A stretch of DNA of 64,000 nt, from assembly GCA_014905635.1 (NCBI GenBank), contig JABVCE010000002.1, forward strand, positions 620,001-684,000. The letters are read 5' to 3'. The notes under the pieces are model-generated. The model was given only the letters and a program-made list of their open reading frames with translations, was not told the DNA's origin and searched no databases. The stretch comes from Scenedesmus sp. PABB004 (taxonomy: Eukaryota). Shown in pieces: positions 53,382 to 64,000 of the stretch. Each line of letters begins with the position of its first letter. Position 1 is the first letter of the stretch. The position numbers were made by a program, and so were the translations under genes.

Positions 53382-54466
53382 ATGGCGGCGTGCGAAGCTG
53401 CCCGTCCCGCACGCGTGCGCGCCCTCCGCCGGTCCTGGCAGCTGTACGCCCTGCTCTCAATGCTGCTGCTCGCCCGCACGAGCGTCGCCGTGAGCCCACT
53501 GCTGCAGGGCACCAGGTGAGCGGCGGTTTGCGCGGCCGTACGGCCTCGTGCGCAGCCGCCGTGGCGCGCCAGGCCACGCGGCGCGCAGGACGAGGTTATA
53601 TCGGTCCTTCCAGCAGCTCGAGCAGCTGCCCGCCGACCGCCGCGACTCTCACGCCGCACGCGGCGCGCCGCTGCCAGGGTGGCCGACGGCGTCGCCGACG
53701 GCGGGGCCACGGCCCCAGGGCGCCCCGTGCCGCCGTCCAGTCCTGCCGTGGCGATGAACCTGCCCGCCGGCGGCGACGACGAGGGCGGTGCGTGCACGCG
53801 CGCAGCCCGTTCGTGCGTCGGGGGCTCCTCGCTGACGGGTCGGGACCCGCCGCCGCCGCGGCTGCCGCAGACCGCGTGCCGCCCGGGGTGCGCGCCGCGC
53901 CGCCCGCCGCAGCAACAGCAAGTTTCGTGGAGCCGGGCGCAGCGGAGGGCATGCTCTGGCGCACGGAGGCCGAGCTGTCACTGCCCGGCTGGGACGCACT
54001 GGCGGGCATGTTTGACCAGGCGTTTGGCGGCGCCGCCGCCCCGGACGGGGCGCCGCAGCCGGCGGGCGGCTTCCGCATCGAGATCAGCGCCGGCGGCGAC
54101 GCGGGCGGCGCGGCGGGGATGCGCGCCTTTGTCAGCGGCAGCCTCGGCGCGCACGGCCTGGACCTGGACTGGGGCCTCGGCGACGACGCGGCGGCGCTCG
54201 CGGCGCGGGTCGCGCAGGAGTTTGCGAGCGGCATGGCCAGCGTCGAGGCGGTCATGGACGCGATGCTCGCAGACGCCAGCGGCGGCGCGCTGCCCGGCCT
54301 CGCCGCGCTCGCGGGCGGCGGCCTGGCAGAGTGGCAGGCGCGCCTGCTGGGCGGCGGTGGCGGCGGCGGCTCGGGCGCGCGGCGGCTCGCGCAGGCGGCC
54401 GCGCTGGAGCCGGGGCTGGAGCTGCTGCGGCTGCTGGTGCCGGCCGAGGGCGCGCGCGTGGCGTGA
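53382..54466 (+). CDS. Hypothetical, probably secreted low-complexity protein; exon structure uncertain
   Basis: Hydrophobic WQLYALLSMLLLARTSVA, GT-AG introns at 53516-53588 and about 53788-53870, coding-like last exon (EGMLWRTEAELSLPGWD..RRLAQ). Joining these needs one frameshift near 53490. Confidence 0.45.
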
Positions 54467-54881
54467 GGGAGGGTGTCTGAAGCGGCAACGAGTCTCGCCC
54501 TCTCTGCCTGCCTTTACCCATCGGCGCCACCGCCGCGCCGTGCGCGCCCTTGCTCAGGGCGGCTCTGATGATGCAATGAAAATCAATTGGAAACGGCCTC
54601 GCGGCGCGCCCGCGGCAGCACGCAGCCGCCTGCCAGCCGGGTGCGGCTGCCAGGGCCGGTGCCGCCAGCGCAGACACATCAGCCGCGGCCGCCGGGCGCG
54701 CGCGCTCAGCAATCGCCGCCGCTGCGGGCGTCCCGCCTGCCCAGCCCACTGTGGCGCTACCTGCCCCCTCCTGCGGGCGCGCGGCGCGTGCGCACGCGAG
54801 TGCGCCGTCGCACCGCGGCAACAACCCCCCGGCAAAGCAATCGTTTGGTCCGTGCCTCTGCTCCCTGCCTCCGGCCGCCGC

Positions 54882-56844
54882 TCACTCCATGCCCGACTGC
54901 TTCTTGAAAAACTCCCTGCGGCGGCGGTGGCGGCGGCGGCAAGCGCGCGGTGAGCGCGCGGCGCCACTCCCCGTCCCACGCCCCCCGCGCAGCACCGCTG
55001 CCGCCCGGCCGTGGCGCGCCGCGCGCCCCGCTCGCGCGCCCGCCTGCCCCGCAGCCCCCGCGCGGCGCACCAGGCGATGTCGAAGGGGTAGCCAGCGTAA
55101 GGCGTGTTGAGGTCGTGGCCGACACCCTTCATGCCGCAGAGCTTGAGGATCGGGGCGCGCCCGCCGCCCTGGCGCGACGCCTCCTTGAGGCCCGCCGGCG
55201 CGGCGCGGCGGCCCATCGGCGCGAGCGCCGCCGCGCCGCGCGGCAGCATCGGGCGCCGCTCCGCCGCCTCGGGCGCGGGCTCGCAGTACACGCTGCACTC
55301 GAGCGTCGCGTCGTGGTACTCGGGCCGCGGCTCGCCGTGGCAGCCGCGCAGGCCCTGCCACCACTTGGCCATCTTGACTGCGGCACCGGCGGCGCGCGGG
55401 TCGGCGCGGCGCGAGCTAGCGGCGCCTCGCACGGCCGCGCCCCGCTGGCCGCGCCCGGGCGCCCGCCGCGCGCCGCCGCGCCCGCCACCGCCGGCCCCGC
55501 CCGCCCCCGCGCGCGGGCGCTCACGCGTCGAGATGAACATCGATCCGTCGACCTGGGTGTCGCGGTCGTACGTGATGATGGGGTCGGCCGTGCCGTGCAG
55601 GATGAGGTGCGGCAGCAGGCGCCGCGGGCTGCACTGCCCCGTGAAGCTCTCGCCCACGCCGCCGAGGATGTCCACGACCACGGTCGCGGTGCTCTGGAAG
55701 AGCTCCGACTTGCAGAGCAAGTAGTTGACCATCATGCCGCCAGCAGACGTGCCCGTCACCCAAAACTGCGCGATGGATCGCGGCGGCGGCGGGGGTCGGG
55801 GCGCCGGCCGCGCGGGCCGCCGAGCGGCGCTGCTGCCGCGTCGCGCCGGGAGAGGGGAGGGGAGGGGACGGGAGGGGCGTCGCACGCACCTTGGTGCGGT
55901 CGACGGGGAACTTTGCTGTGAGCGTCTTGATGACGGTCTCCATGTAGTCGACCTCGTTGATCGCGGTGTCGACGCACGACCCCGACGAGCAGCTCCACCA
56001 GGGCAGGTTCCACAGCTGCGCGGCCGCGCGCGCACGGGGGCGGTCAGCGCGGCACCGCGGCGCTGCTGCCCGCGCTGCGCGCGCGGGCCCCGCTGCGCGG
56101 CGGCCGCCGGCCGGCCGGCGGGCCGGCGGGCCGCCTGCGGCGCCGCACCATGCGCTGGTCGGGGTTGGTGTAGGGGCTGGGCGTTGACTGGGGGTAGACC
56201 ACGATCGCGCTGTTGTAGACCTTGTCGCTGCCGACGATGCCGTCCCAGTTGGCGGTCGCGTCCATGGCGAGCACGTTCCAGCCCATGCGCGAGCTGATGT
56301 TGTCCATGCTGCCTGCAGGCACACACGTGGGGTGCGTGCGCGCGTCAGTGCGTGCGGCCGCGGCAGCGGTTCGGGGGCCCGACGGCGGCGGCGGCGGCAG
56401 TGCGCGGCGGCGGGGGGCGGCAGGGACGGGCGCACGCGCGCGCGCACCCCAGTACACGCCGTGGATGTGCATCCACACCGGGTAGCGCCGCGTCTGCCGG
56501 AAGCCGGCGGGCAGGAAGACGTTGAACGTGCGCGTCATGTCTGCGCGGCGGGCGCCGGGCGGTGTCAGGGCGGGCCCGCTGCGGCGGCGCGCTGCGGCGG
56601 CGCTGCGGCGGCGCGCGCGGCTGCGCTGGCGGCGGCCGCCCGCCCGCCGCGCGCGCCGCGGCTCACCGTTGCCGTTGACGCGCTGCTTGAACTCAAAGGT
56701 GCACACCGGCTTGAGCGGCGTCTTGAGCTCGCGCCAGGCGCCGCCCGCCTCCTTGCACGCGCACGGGAGGTCGCCCGGCAGGCACTCTGCCGCCGCCAGG
56801 CCTGCGCAGGCCGCCGCCGCGGCCAGGAGCAGGAGGAGCCGCAT
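54882..56844 (-). CDS. Secreted alpha/beta-hydrolase, LpqC/PHB-depolymerase/feruloyl-esterase-like, 6 introns
   Basis: Signal MRLLLLLAAAAACAGLAAA. RTFNVFLP..PVWMHIHG, IVVYPQS, VDRTKFWVTGTSAGGMM (GxSxG), HGTADP, VGH. Confidence 0.85.
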
Positions 56845-57124
56845 GGCTGCACGTGGCCTGCCCGCTGGCAGCGAACGGGCGAAGCGCTCCGCGTGCGGGG
56901 GTCGCGAGCAGTCCAACCGGGGGAGTTTTTTCGCGTGCTGCTGGGCGTGCGTGGGCTCGCCACGAGCTGTCGTGGGCGTTTGTTGAGCTCTTAGAAGCGG
57001 ATAAACAGGCGCCGCCGACGCGGGGACGGCTTTTCAGGCGGTGCTTGGCGGGGCGCGGACGCGTCGATGGCCTAAGACGTCAAGCCCGCCCGACTGCCGG
57101 TCGCGCGCGGCCGGGTCTGTGCGT

Positions 57125-57129
57125 TTACA
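57125..57129 (-). promoter_or_regulatory. TGTAA polyadenylation signal of the GPI-protein gene
   Basis: TTACA on the + strand, about 340 nt downstream of the minus-strand stop at 57469. Confidence 0.5.
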
Positions 57130-57468
57130 GCTCCCGGGCGTGCGAAACGACGCTGCCGGCCAGCGCCCCGCCACTGCGGCGGCGACGTTGCCTGCCGCGC
57201 GGCGCGGCCCGGCGCACGCGAGCGCGCCGCAGCTGCCCGCCCGCGCGGCCGCCCCGGAGTCGCCAGCCAGGAAGGAAGGGTCACGCTCATCAGCGGCAGC
57301 GGCGGCGCGCCGGACAGGCCGGGCGGGCCGCCGCGCCGCGCGCCGGGTGCGGCAGTCAGTGATCGAGCGCAGTTCTCTCCCGCCGCGCGGTGCGCACGAC
57401 AAGCAAGCAGCGCACGTGGCCGGCGCTCCTGTGTCCGCGGTGGCGCTGCCGCCGTCGCCCGTCCGCGG

Positions 57469-58402
57469 TCACAGCAGGAGCGCCGCGGCCGCGACCGCCG
57501 CCGCGACGGCGGCGGCCGCCGCGCCCGCGCGCTGCCCGGCGCCGCTGGTCGCGGTGGCGGCCTTGCCGTCCAGGTAGTTGGTGAAGGCGGTGAGGCTGTT
57601 GAAGCGCGGGAAGCAGGAGGGCTTGGCGTCCGCGGCGGCCTCGGCCTCGCCCGCGCCGGTGCGCTGCGGCGGGCGCGGGCGCGCGTGTGCCTCTTGGCGG
57701 CCCGCGCCGCGGCGGCGGCGGCGCCCCCGTGCGCCCGCGCCGCTCCGCTGCCCCCTGGCGGCGGCGGCGGCCGCGCTGCTGCTTCTGCTGCTGCTGCCGC
57801 CGCCGCCCCGCGCCGCACCTCGTTGACGTTGAGCACCTCGCACCCCTTGATGAACGACAGCCACGCGTCACGCGCCTGCGCGCGGCCGCGGCGCCGCGGC
57901 GCGGCGCGCGCGGGGTCGGCGGCCGCCCGACGGACGCGCGCGCGCGCGCGCGCGTACGCGCGCCGCCGCCGCCCGGCCGCGCGCGGCGCGGGCCGCCGCG
58001 CACCCCTGGCTGGGACATGCACTTCTGCACCGCCGAGCCGGGGCCGGCCTCCGCGCCGCCGGGGCAGTCGCTGTAGTCGCCCGCCTTGGCGGGCGCGCTC
58101 GAGAGGGCGTCCTTGATCTTGTCGCCGCAGTCCGAGTCGCCGCCGTAGTTGGTCTTCATCAGCTGCGCCCGACGACGGCCGGCGGGGGCGGAGCGGGGCG
58201 TGTGCGTGCGGGCGGGCGCCGGCCAGCGCCGCCAGCGCGCCGCCGCGGGCTGCTGCTGCCGTGCGCGCGCCTTGTCGAACTGGTCCTTGCAGTTGGCCGA
58301 CACGGTGTTGATCGTGCGGTCGCCGGTCGCCGAGCCCGCGGCGGTCGCGGCCGCGAGCGCCAGCAGCGCCGCCAGCAGCGCGGCGCGGGGCGGCAGCGCC
58401 AT
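57469..58402 (-). CDS. Small Cys-rich secreted protein, predicted GPI-anchored, 3 introns
   Basis: Signal MALPPRAALLAALLALAAATAAG, six Cys, and C-terminal SGA followed by a hydrophobic tail [16 protein letters not shown]. Confidence 0.75.
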
Positions 58403-59149
58403 GGTGGACGGCTTGGTCGGCGTGGTCGCGGCGGTGGCGTGTGCCGGCGGCGCGGCGCCTGCGCGCAGACAGCAGCGGCGGGCGGCGTGATCGCCGCCGC
58501 TGCCGCCTGGCGCAGGCCGCCGGCGCTGCGCCCGCCATTGGCGAGCCCCGCGGCCGCCCGATCGGCAGCAGCAGCGGCGCGCGCGCGAGGGCGTCTCCGC
58601 CGCCGGCTGCTGCTGCTGCCGCGGGTGCGGCCGCAATGCGCGCGCACCTGCTGGCCGAGATCGCGGTCGCGTGTGGGAGTCGGGCGGGGGGAGTGCGCGA
58701 GCTGCGCGGGGCCGCGGAGACCGCACACACGCCGGGGCGCGGCGCGCGCCCGGCACGCGCGCCCGTCCTCGAGGACGCGTGGGAGCGCGATCGCGGTGGG
58801 GGCAGGCATGGCACGACGAGCGAGGCGGGCGGCGATCGGGGCCTGCGTCGGCCGGGCGGCGGCGTTGACCGCGCAGTGCGCTGCGCGGCGGGGCAGCTAC
58901 TGCAGCCCTGCTCCGGGTCGGTCAGGCATCTGACGATCCAGCTGTCCCGCTGCGTCAACGCAGCATCGCCGTGCCCAGCCCGGGCCGTGGCGGCGCGGCG
59001 GTTGACCCGACAGCGTCGTGCTGCTCCGGCTGCTCCGCGACGACCCCGTTCCGTCACCCGCCGCTGCGCTACGCCGGGACGTCACATCCAGCACCGTCCC
59101 GCCGCAGCGCTGCGGCACCCGGACGCTGTGGCAGCCCGTCGCCGCAGGC

Positions 59150-60293
59150 ATGGCCCGCTCCCGCGCCGCCTGCTCAGGGCTCGCCCGGCTGCTCGCCCTG
59201 CTGCTGGCCCTGCTCCTATCCGCGAGCGATTGTCATGCGCAGACAGCCGGAGCCGCCGCGCGTTGCGCACGTGAGCGAGCGGGGCGCGGCTGCGCGACAG
59301 CGGCGGCGGTTGGCGGGCTGACTGGCGGCCGCTCGCCGCCGGCCGCCGCAGCGCCTCGCAAGTCCGATCCCATCGTGGGCTACTCCGACCTCTTTGGCAC
59401 GCGCAACGTCAGCGACACGGTCTGGACCGACCAGGAGTGGGCCTTCCGCGCGCACGGGCCGCTGAGCCAGCTGACGCTGCTCAAGGCTTGGTTCTATGAC
59501 GGCGAATGGTGGGGAGCGGCGTGGCAAGCGGCGCCGCACGCAACGGCCGCCGACGTCGGTCAGCTCCGCCGGCACGCGCGCGCGCGCGCGCGCGCGCGCG
59601 CCACCCACCGCCCGCCCGCCGCCGCGCAGGCACGACCCCGGGGAGCTCAAGGGCCTGCAGGCGTGGTACGGGCACGGCGCGGAGCAGGTCCAGCTGGCCA
59701 GCCCCGACGAGCTGCTCATCGGCGCGCGCAAGCCGCACGTGGGCAAGAACTTCACGCTGTGGGCTGACGAGGCCATCGTGCGCGCGGAGCTCGAGTGGGA
59801 CACGGTGATGCGCTGGGCCAATTTCTCGACCAACCTCGGGCGCTACTTTGCCTGGGGGTTCCCCGGCGTGGCCGGGGCGAGCCGCGCCGTCGTCGAGGCG
59901 CCCGCGCCCGGCGCGTACGTCGCCGCGTTCCGCGGCTTTGAGGGCGCGCCGCTGCCGCCCAGCGCGGGCGGCTTCAAGAAGCGCTACATCGCGCAGCTGG
60001 GCCTCGTCTGGGCGCAGCGCAGCTGCGACAGCGGCGGCGGCGGCAGCGACGGGGCCGTGCAGGCGGCGGCCGCGCCGGCGCCGCGGGCGGCGCCGCGCAA
60101 CGCGGCGCAGGCAGCGCGCGCGGCGCAGGCAGCGCGAGCGGCGCGCGCGGCGGCGCGGGCGGCGCGGGCGGCGGCACAGGCGCCACAGGCGGCGGGCGGC
60201 AAGCAGGCGGCGGGCGGCAAGCAGGCGGCGGGCGGCGGCAAGCAGGCGCTCCGGGGTGACCGCAAGGCCGGCGCCACCGGTGGCGCGCGCTGA
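59150..60293 (+). CDS. Secreted jacalin-like (beta-prism) lectin-domain protein, 2 introns
   Basis: Signal LARLLALLLALLLSASDCHA. LKGLQAWYG, FTLWADEAIVRAEL, ANFSTNLGRYFAWG, YVAAFRGFEG, YIAQLGLVW match the jacalin-type strand pattern. Confidence 0.7.
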
Positions 60294-60704
60294 GGCACAC
60301 TGTTGTTGACTGCACTTGAACACGCCACGAACTGCATGCCTTGACGCACACTGAAGCTGCATCGGGGAATGAGGCGCGCCTGCGCCCCATCGAGCTGTGA
60401 GGCAAGCGAGGTACGCCGCGGCCCGCGCCGCCGGCGCCCTGGCAACCTGAGCCGCGGGCCGCCCGCTCAGCTCTTTGAGCTTAGGACTGCTCCAATCTGC
60501 TCCCGCGCGTGGGGGCGCACGCTGCGGAGCACACCAGCGCGCGCCCGGACTCCTCGCGGGCTCGCCGCGCACACGCACCCGGTCCGTGACGCACGCGAGG
60601 GCTGGGCGTGCACTCCCAGCTCCTGCAGCCTCCACCAGCTTTTGCCGTGCACGGGGGAGCTTGGCGGGCACCGCGGCGACCCGCGCCCGGCCCTGGCTGC
60701 GGGG

Positions 60705-63184
60705 ATGGCGCGCAGTTGCCTTGGCGCGCCCGCGCGGCAGCAGCGCGGGTCCTGCAGAGGCACGCTCCTGGCGCGAGCGGCGATGCTGATGGTGACGCTG
60801 CTGGGCGCGCACGTCGCAGGTGGGCGCGGCCGGCACCGCGCGGCAGCGCGCCGCCGCTGCTGCCGTGCCCGCCGCCGCGCCCGGCGCTGACAGGCTGCCC
60901 TCTCCGCGTGCATGCGGCAGGCGCGACTCGTCTGCGTGACGGTAGACGGCTGGAGCAGGCGCAGCGGGACGCGCGCGCCGGCGGCGGCAGCGGCAGCAGC
61001 GGCGGCGTGCGCGGCGCGGCGCGCGGCGCGGCTCGCGCACCTGTCGCCCCGGCAGCGGCGCACGCGGCTGCCAACTCCACCCCAGGAGCACCACCTCCAG
61101 CGACAGCAGCGGACAAGCCGGCGGCGGCTGCGCACGCGCCGGCGGCGGCGGCGCACGCGGCGGCGGTGGGGCCGTCGCGCGGGCTGCGGCAGGTCGGCAG
61201 CACGCTGGGGTACGATGCCTACGGCTTTGGCTACTACGACCCCTACGTGGCGGGCGTGACGCCGGGGTTTGTCAACGTGGACCTGAACCGCGAGACGGGG
61301 TTGCATGTCGGCGTCGGCGACGTCGCGGTCGACGTGTCGGCTGACAAAAACTACTACGGCGTCGGCATCGGCAACGCCGTCGGCGTCGGCGCGGCGCGCG
61401 ACCGTGGCTGGAACCTGCAGCTCGGCGGCGGCAGCGTGCTCGACGTCTCCATGACCAAGGCGCGGCGCCGCGGCGGGCAGCGCGGCGGCAGGGGAGCGGG
61501 GGGCGGCGGCAGGGGACGGCGGGCGGCAGGGGCGGCGGCTCCACTGCCGCCGCCGCTGCGGCAGCACTGACCGTTGCCGCCCCCCTGCGCCGCACGCGGC
61601 GCTGCGGCCTGCGCCCGGCAGGACGCGGGGCTCGGGCTGTGGGTGCTGGACGGGCTGCTGAACGTCAACATCGGCCCCGACGGCGCGGGCTGGTCGAGCG
61701 GGCAGGTCAAGGGCGCGACCGAGCCCTCGGGCGCCACGCCGGCGGAGCTGGGGGAGATCGTCGTCGACGACGCCCTCATCGCCGCGGCGGCCGGCGGCGG
61801 CGGCGGCGGCGGCGCGCAGGCGCCGCTCACCGACCCCGCGGCCTTCCCGCAGACGCCCGGCGGGGGCGCGCCCGAGCCGCCGCCCGCGAGCGTGCCCAGC
61901 TACTACTACCAGCCCGCCCCCGCCCCCGGCGGCGGCGTGGAGCACAACCCCGCGCTCGACCCCGCGGCCGCGTTTGCGGGGTCGGTCGAGGTCACCCCCG
62001 CGCCGGCGCAGGCCGACCCGGTGCTGGCCTCGAGCTACGTCGACTACGGCGGCGCCGACGAGGGCGGCGCCTACACGAGCGGCGGGCCCGGCGGCGGCGA
62101 GCCCGCGGCGGAGAGCGCGCTGCCGGCGTACGACTTCCTGGAGGCGCTCGACTACGACGCGTACGCGACGCAGGCCGCGGCGCCGCCGCACGCGCGGCTC
62201 GCGGGCGCCGGCGCCGGCAGCGCGGGCGCCGGCGGCGCCGGGTTCATGGTGGCGCGCCCGGCGGCGGCGGTCGCGGTGCCGCCGGAGCAGCAGGCGGTGC
62301 AGCCGCCGCCGGCGGCCGCGGCGCCGCAGCAGCTGGCGCAGCAGGCGCCGCAGCAGTCGCGGCAGGCTCTGCCATCGCAGCCGCCGCCGTACCTGCCGTC
62401 ACAGGCGCCGCAGCAGCTGGCGCAGCAGGCGCCGCAGCAGTCGCGGCAGGCTCTGCCATCGCAGCCGCCGCCGTACCTGCCGTCACAGGCGCCGCAGCAG
62501 CTGGCGCAGCAGGCGCCGCAGCAGTCGCGGCAGGCTCTGCCATCGCAGCCGCCGCCGTACCTGCCGTCACAGGCGCCGCAGCAGCTGGCGCAGCAGGCGC
62601 CGCAGCAGTCGCGGCAGGCTCTGCCATCGCAGCCGCCGCCGTACCTGCCGTCACAGGCGCCGCAGCAGCTGGCGCAGCAGGCGTGGCAGCTGCCGCCATA
62701 CCTGCCAGCGCAGGCGCCGCAGCAGGCGCCGCAGCAGCTGCCGCAGCAGGTGCTGCAGCGGTTGCCGCAGCAGGCGTCACCGCAGGCGTGGCAGGCGGCG
62801 GCGGCCGCGCTGCCGCCGCAGCTGCCAGCGCAGGCGGTGCAGCCGGCCGCCCAACAGCCGCCGGCGCAGCTGCTGCAGCAGGCGTCGCAGCTGCCGCAGC
62901 AGGCGGCGCCGCAGCCAGAGGCAGACGCGGTGTGGAGCACGGCGTCGCAGTACAGCGACACCGCGCGCGCGCGGCTCGCCGCCGCGGTGCCGCTGGCCGA
63001 CGTGACGGTGGCGCCGCCGGCGGCGGCGCCGGCGCAGCTGCCTGCGCCCTCCGCGGCGTCGGCGGCGCGGCGCGCGTGCGAGGGCGGCGAGCAGGTGTGG
63101 GTGAGCGGCACCAAGTTCAAGTGCCGCTACGCGGCACAGCGCGGCCCGCCGGTGCGGACCTACGCCAACGGCATCGCCGTGTGA
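60705..63184 (+). CDS. Secreted Pro/Gln-rich repeat protein with a Gly/Val/Tyr-rich beta-strand N-terminal domain, 2 introns
   Basis: Hydrophobic leader [19 protein letters not shown]. Introns at 60820-60920 (GT) and 61460-61621 (GC) keep the frame. Long final exon with 28-aa repeats. Confidence 0.7.
62321..62682 (+). repeat. 84-bp coding tandem repeat x4.3 ([28 protein letters not shown])
   Basis: Identical units start at 62321, 62405, 62489 and 62573, with a partial unit at 62657. Confidence 0.95.
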
Positions 63185-63323
63185 CGCGCCGCGCGGGGTC
63201 AGGCGAGGGCTGCCGCCGGCGCGTCCTTGCGGCGGGAGGGGCCCGGCGTCATGCGTGGCGGCCGTGCGCGGGGGACTCCCGAGGCCCCGAGTAACAGTCA
63301 CACGCGCGCCGGCCGACCGCAGC

Positions 63324-63936
63324 TCACGCCGCCGGCGCGGCCGCCGTGGCGCCGGGCAGCACCGGCGCCGCCGCGGGCGGCGCCAGGCCAAAGTGCCGCG
63401 CCTCCTCTTCCGCGCTCAGCGGGATGTGCCACCAGGGCTCCGCGCCGCGGCAGGGCTCGCTCGACTCGGCGTCCAGGCGCGCGTTGAGCGCGTCAAACGC
63501 GCGCTTCGCGCTCGCGTGCCGCGCGATCGCGTCGCGCGCGGCGTCGTCGTACGCGTGCGTGTGCCGCGCGGCCGCCGCGACGCACATGCGGCACCAGGGA
63601 CTCACGTCCGACACCGCCATGAGGCCGGCAAAGGCCTGCGACGGCCCCGCCTCCTTCCAGGCCAGGTACTCCCTGCGCGCGGCGGTGGGCGCGGCCACGG
63701 CCGGCGGCGGTCGGCGCCCGCGGCGGTCGGGCGCCCCGCCCGGCGCCGCGCCGCGCTGCCCGCCGCGCGCCCCTGCGGGCGCCCGCTCGCGCGCCGGCTG
63801 CTGCCGCCGCACGTGTAGGCGGTGGCGTTGCGGTCCAGGTAGAGCAGGTACTCGACCAGGTCGGCGGGGGAGTCAAAGTCGCACGCGCGGATGACCGAGC
63901 GCGGCGCGGGCGCAAACTTGAGCACGTTGGGCGCGC
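63324..63936 (-). CDS. GT10 alpha-1,3/4-fucosyltransferase, 3' part; gene begins beyond the window end
   Basis: GAPNVLKFAPAPRSVIRACDFDSPADLVEYLLYLDRNATAYTEYLAWK..WCRMC, the conserved GT10 C-terminal block. Confidence 0.85.
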
Positions 63937-64000
63937 CTGGCGGCGGCCGGTGGGCGCGGCGCGCGCGGCGCGCGCTGAGCGGGCCGGGGCGCACGGGAGC

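Noticed and set aside
54560..54600. AT-rich patch with TGATGA as a second C/D snoRNA
   Set aside because: There is no downstream CTGA box D or terminal stem on the same strand. It lies between convergent 3' ends, where AT-richer UTR sequence is expected.
62321..62682. Regular direct repeats as a possible CRISPR array
   Set aside because: There are no unique spacers, the 84-bp units are in-frame coding repeats, the context is eukaryotic, and no cas genes are present.

Overview
This is eukaryotic nuclear DNA, very GC-rich (roughly 80% by eye), compact and full of short introns. Psb28, plastid transit peptides, GTGCG/GTGAG donors and TGTAA poly(A) signals point to a chlorophyte green alga (inference; Sphaeropleales-like). 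I reconstructed about 26 spliced genes by hand: GMP synthase (partial), a ClpB/Hsp78-like AAA+ protein, an ABCD transporter, AP-4 mu, glucose-6-P 1-epimerase, Psb28, hexokinase, a SET-like protein, an MscS-like channel, a small Mic12/13-like protein, TRIP4/Rqt4, a KH protein, a folate-receptor-family protein, an HD hydrolase, a SirB1-like protein, an amidase, IlvD, NOA1/YqeH, an Erf4-like protein, cytochrome b561, a run of secreted or cell-surface genes, and a GT10 fucosyltransferase (partial). Most long ORFs in the supplied track are shadow ORFs or run through introns. Highlights: (1) about 23 of about 124 hand-traced introns use an AG|GCGCG-type non-canonical donor; (2) a double-guide C/D snoRNA sits next to a ~640-bp alternating purine-pyrimidine tract in ilvD intron 3; (3) a secreted fasciclin-SP-rich-amidase fusion; (4) a ClpB-like protein with a Zn-ribbon in place of its middle domain. 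Several 1-nt frameshifts in G/C runs are probably assembly errors. All exon structures are manual and lack transcript confirmation.
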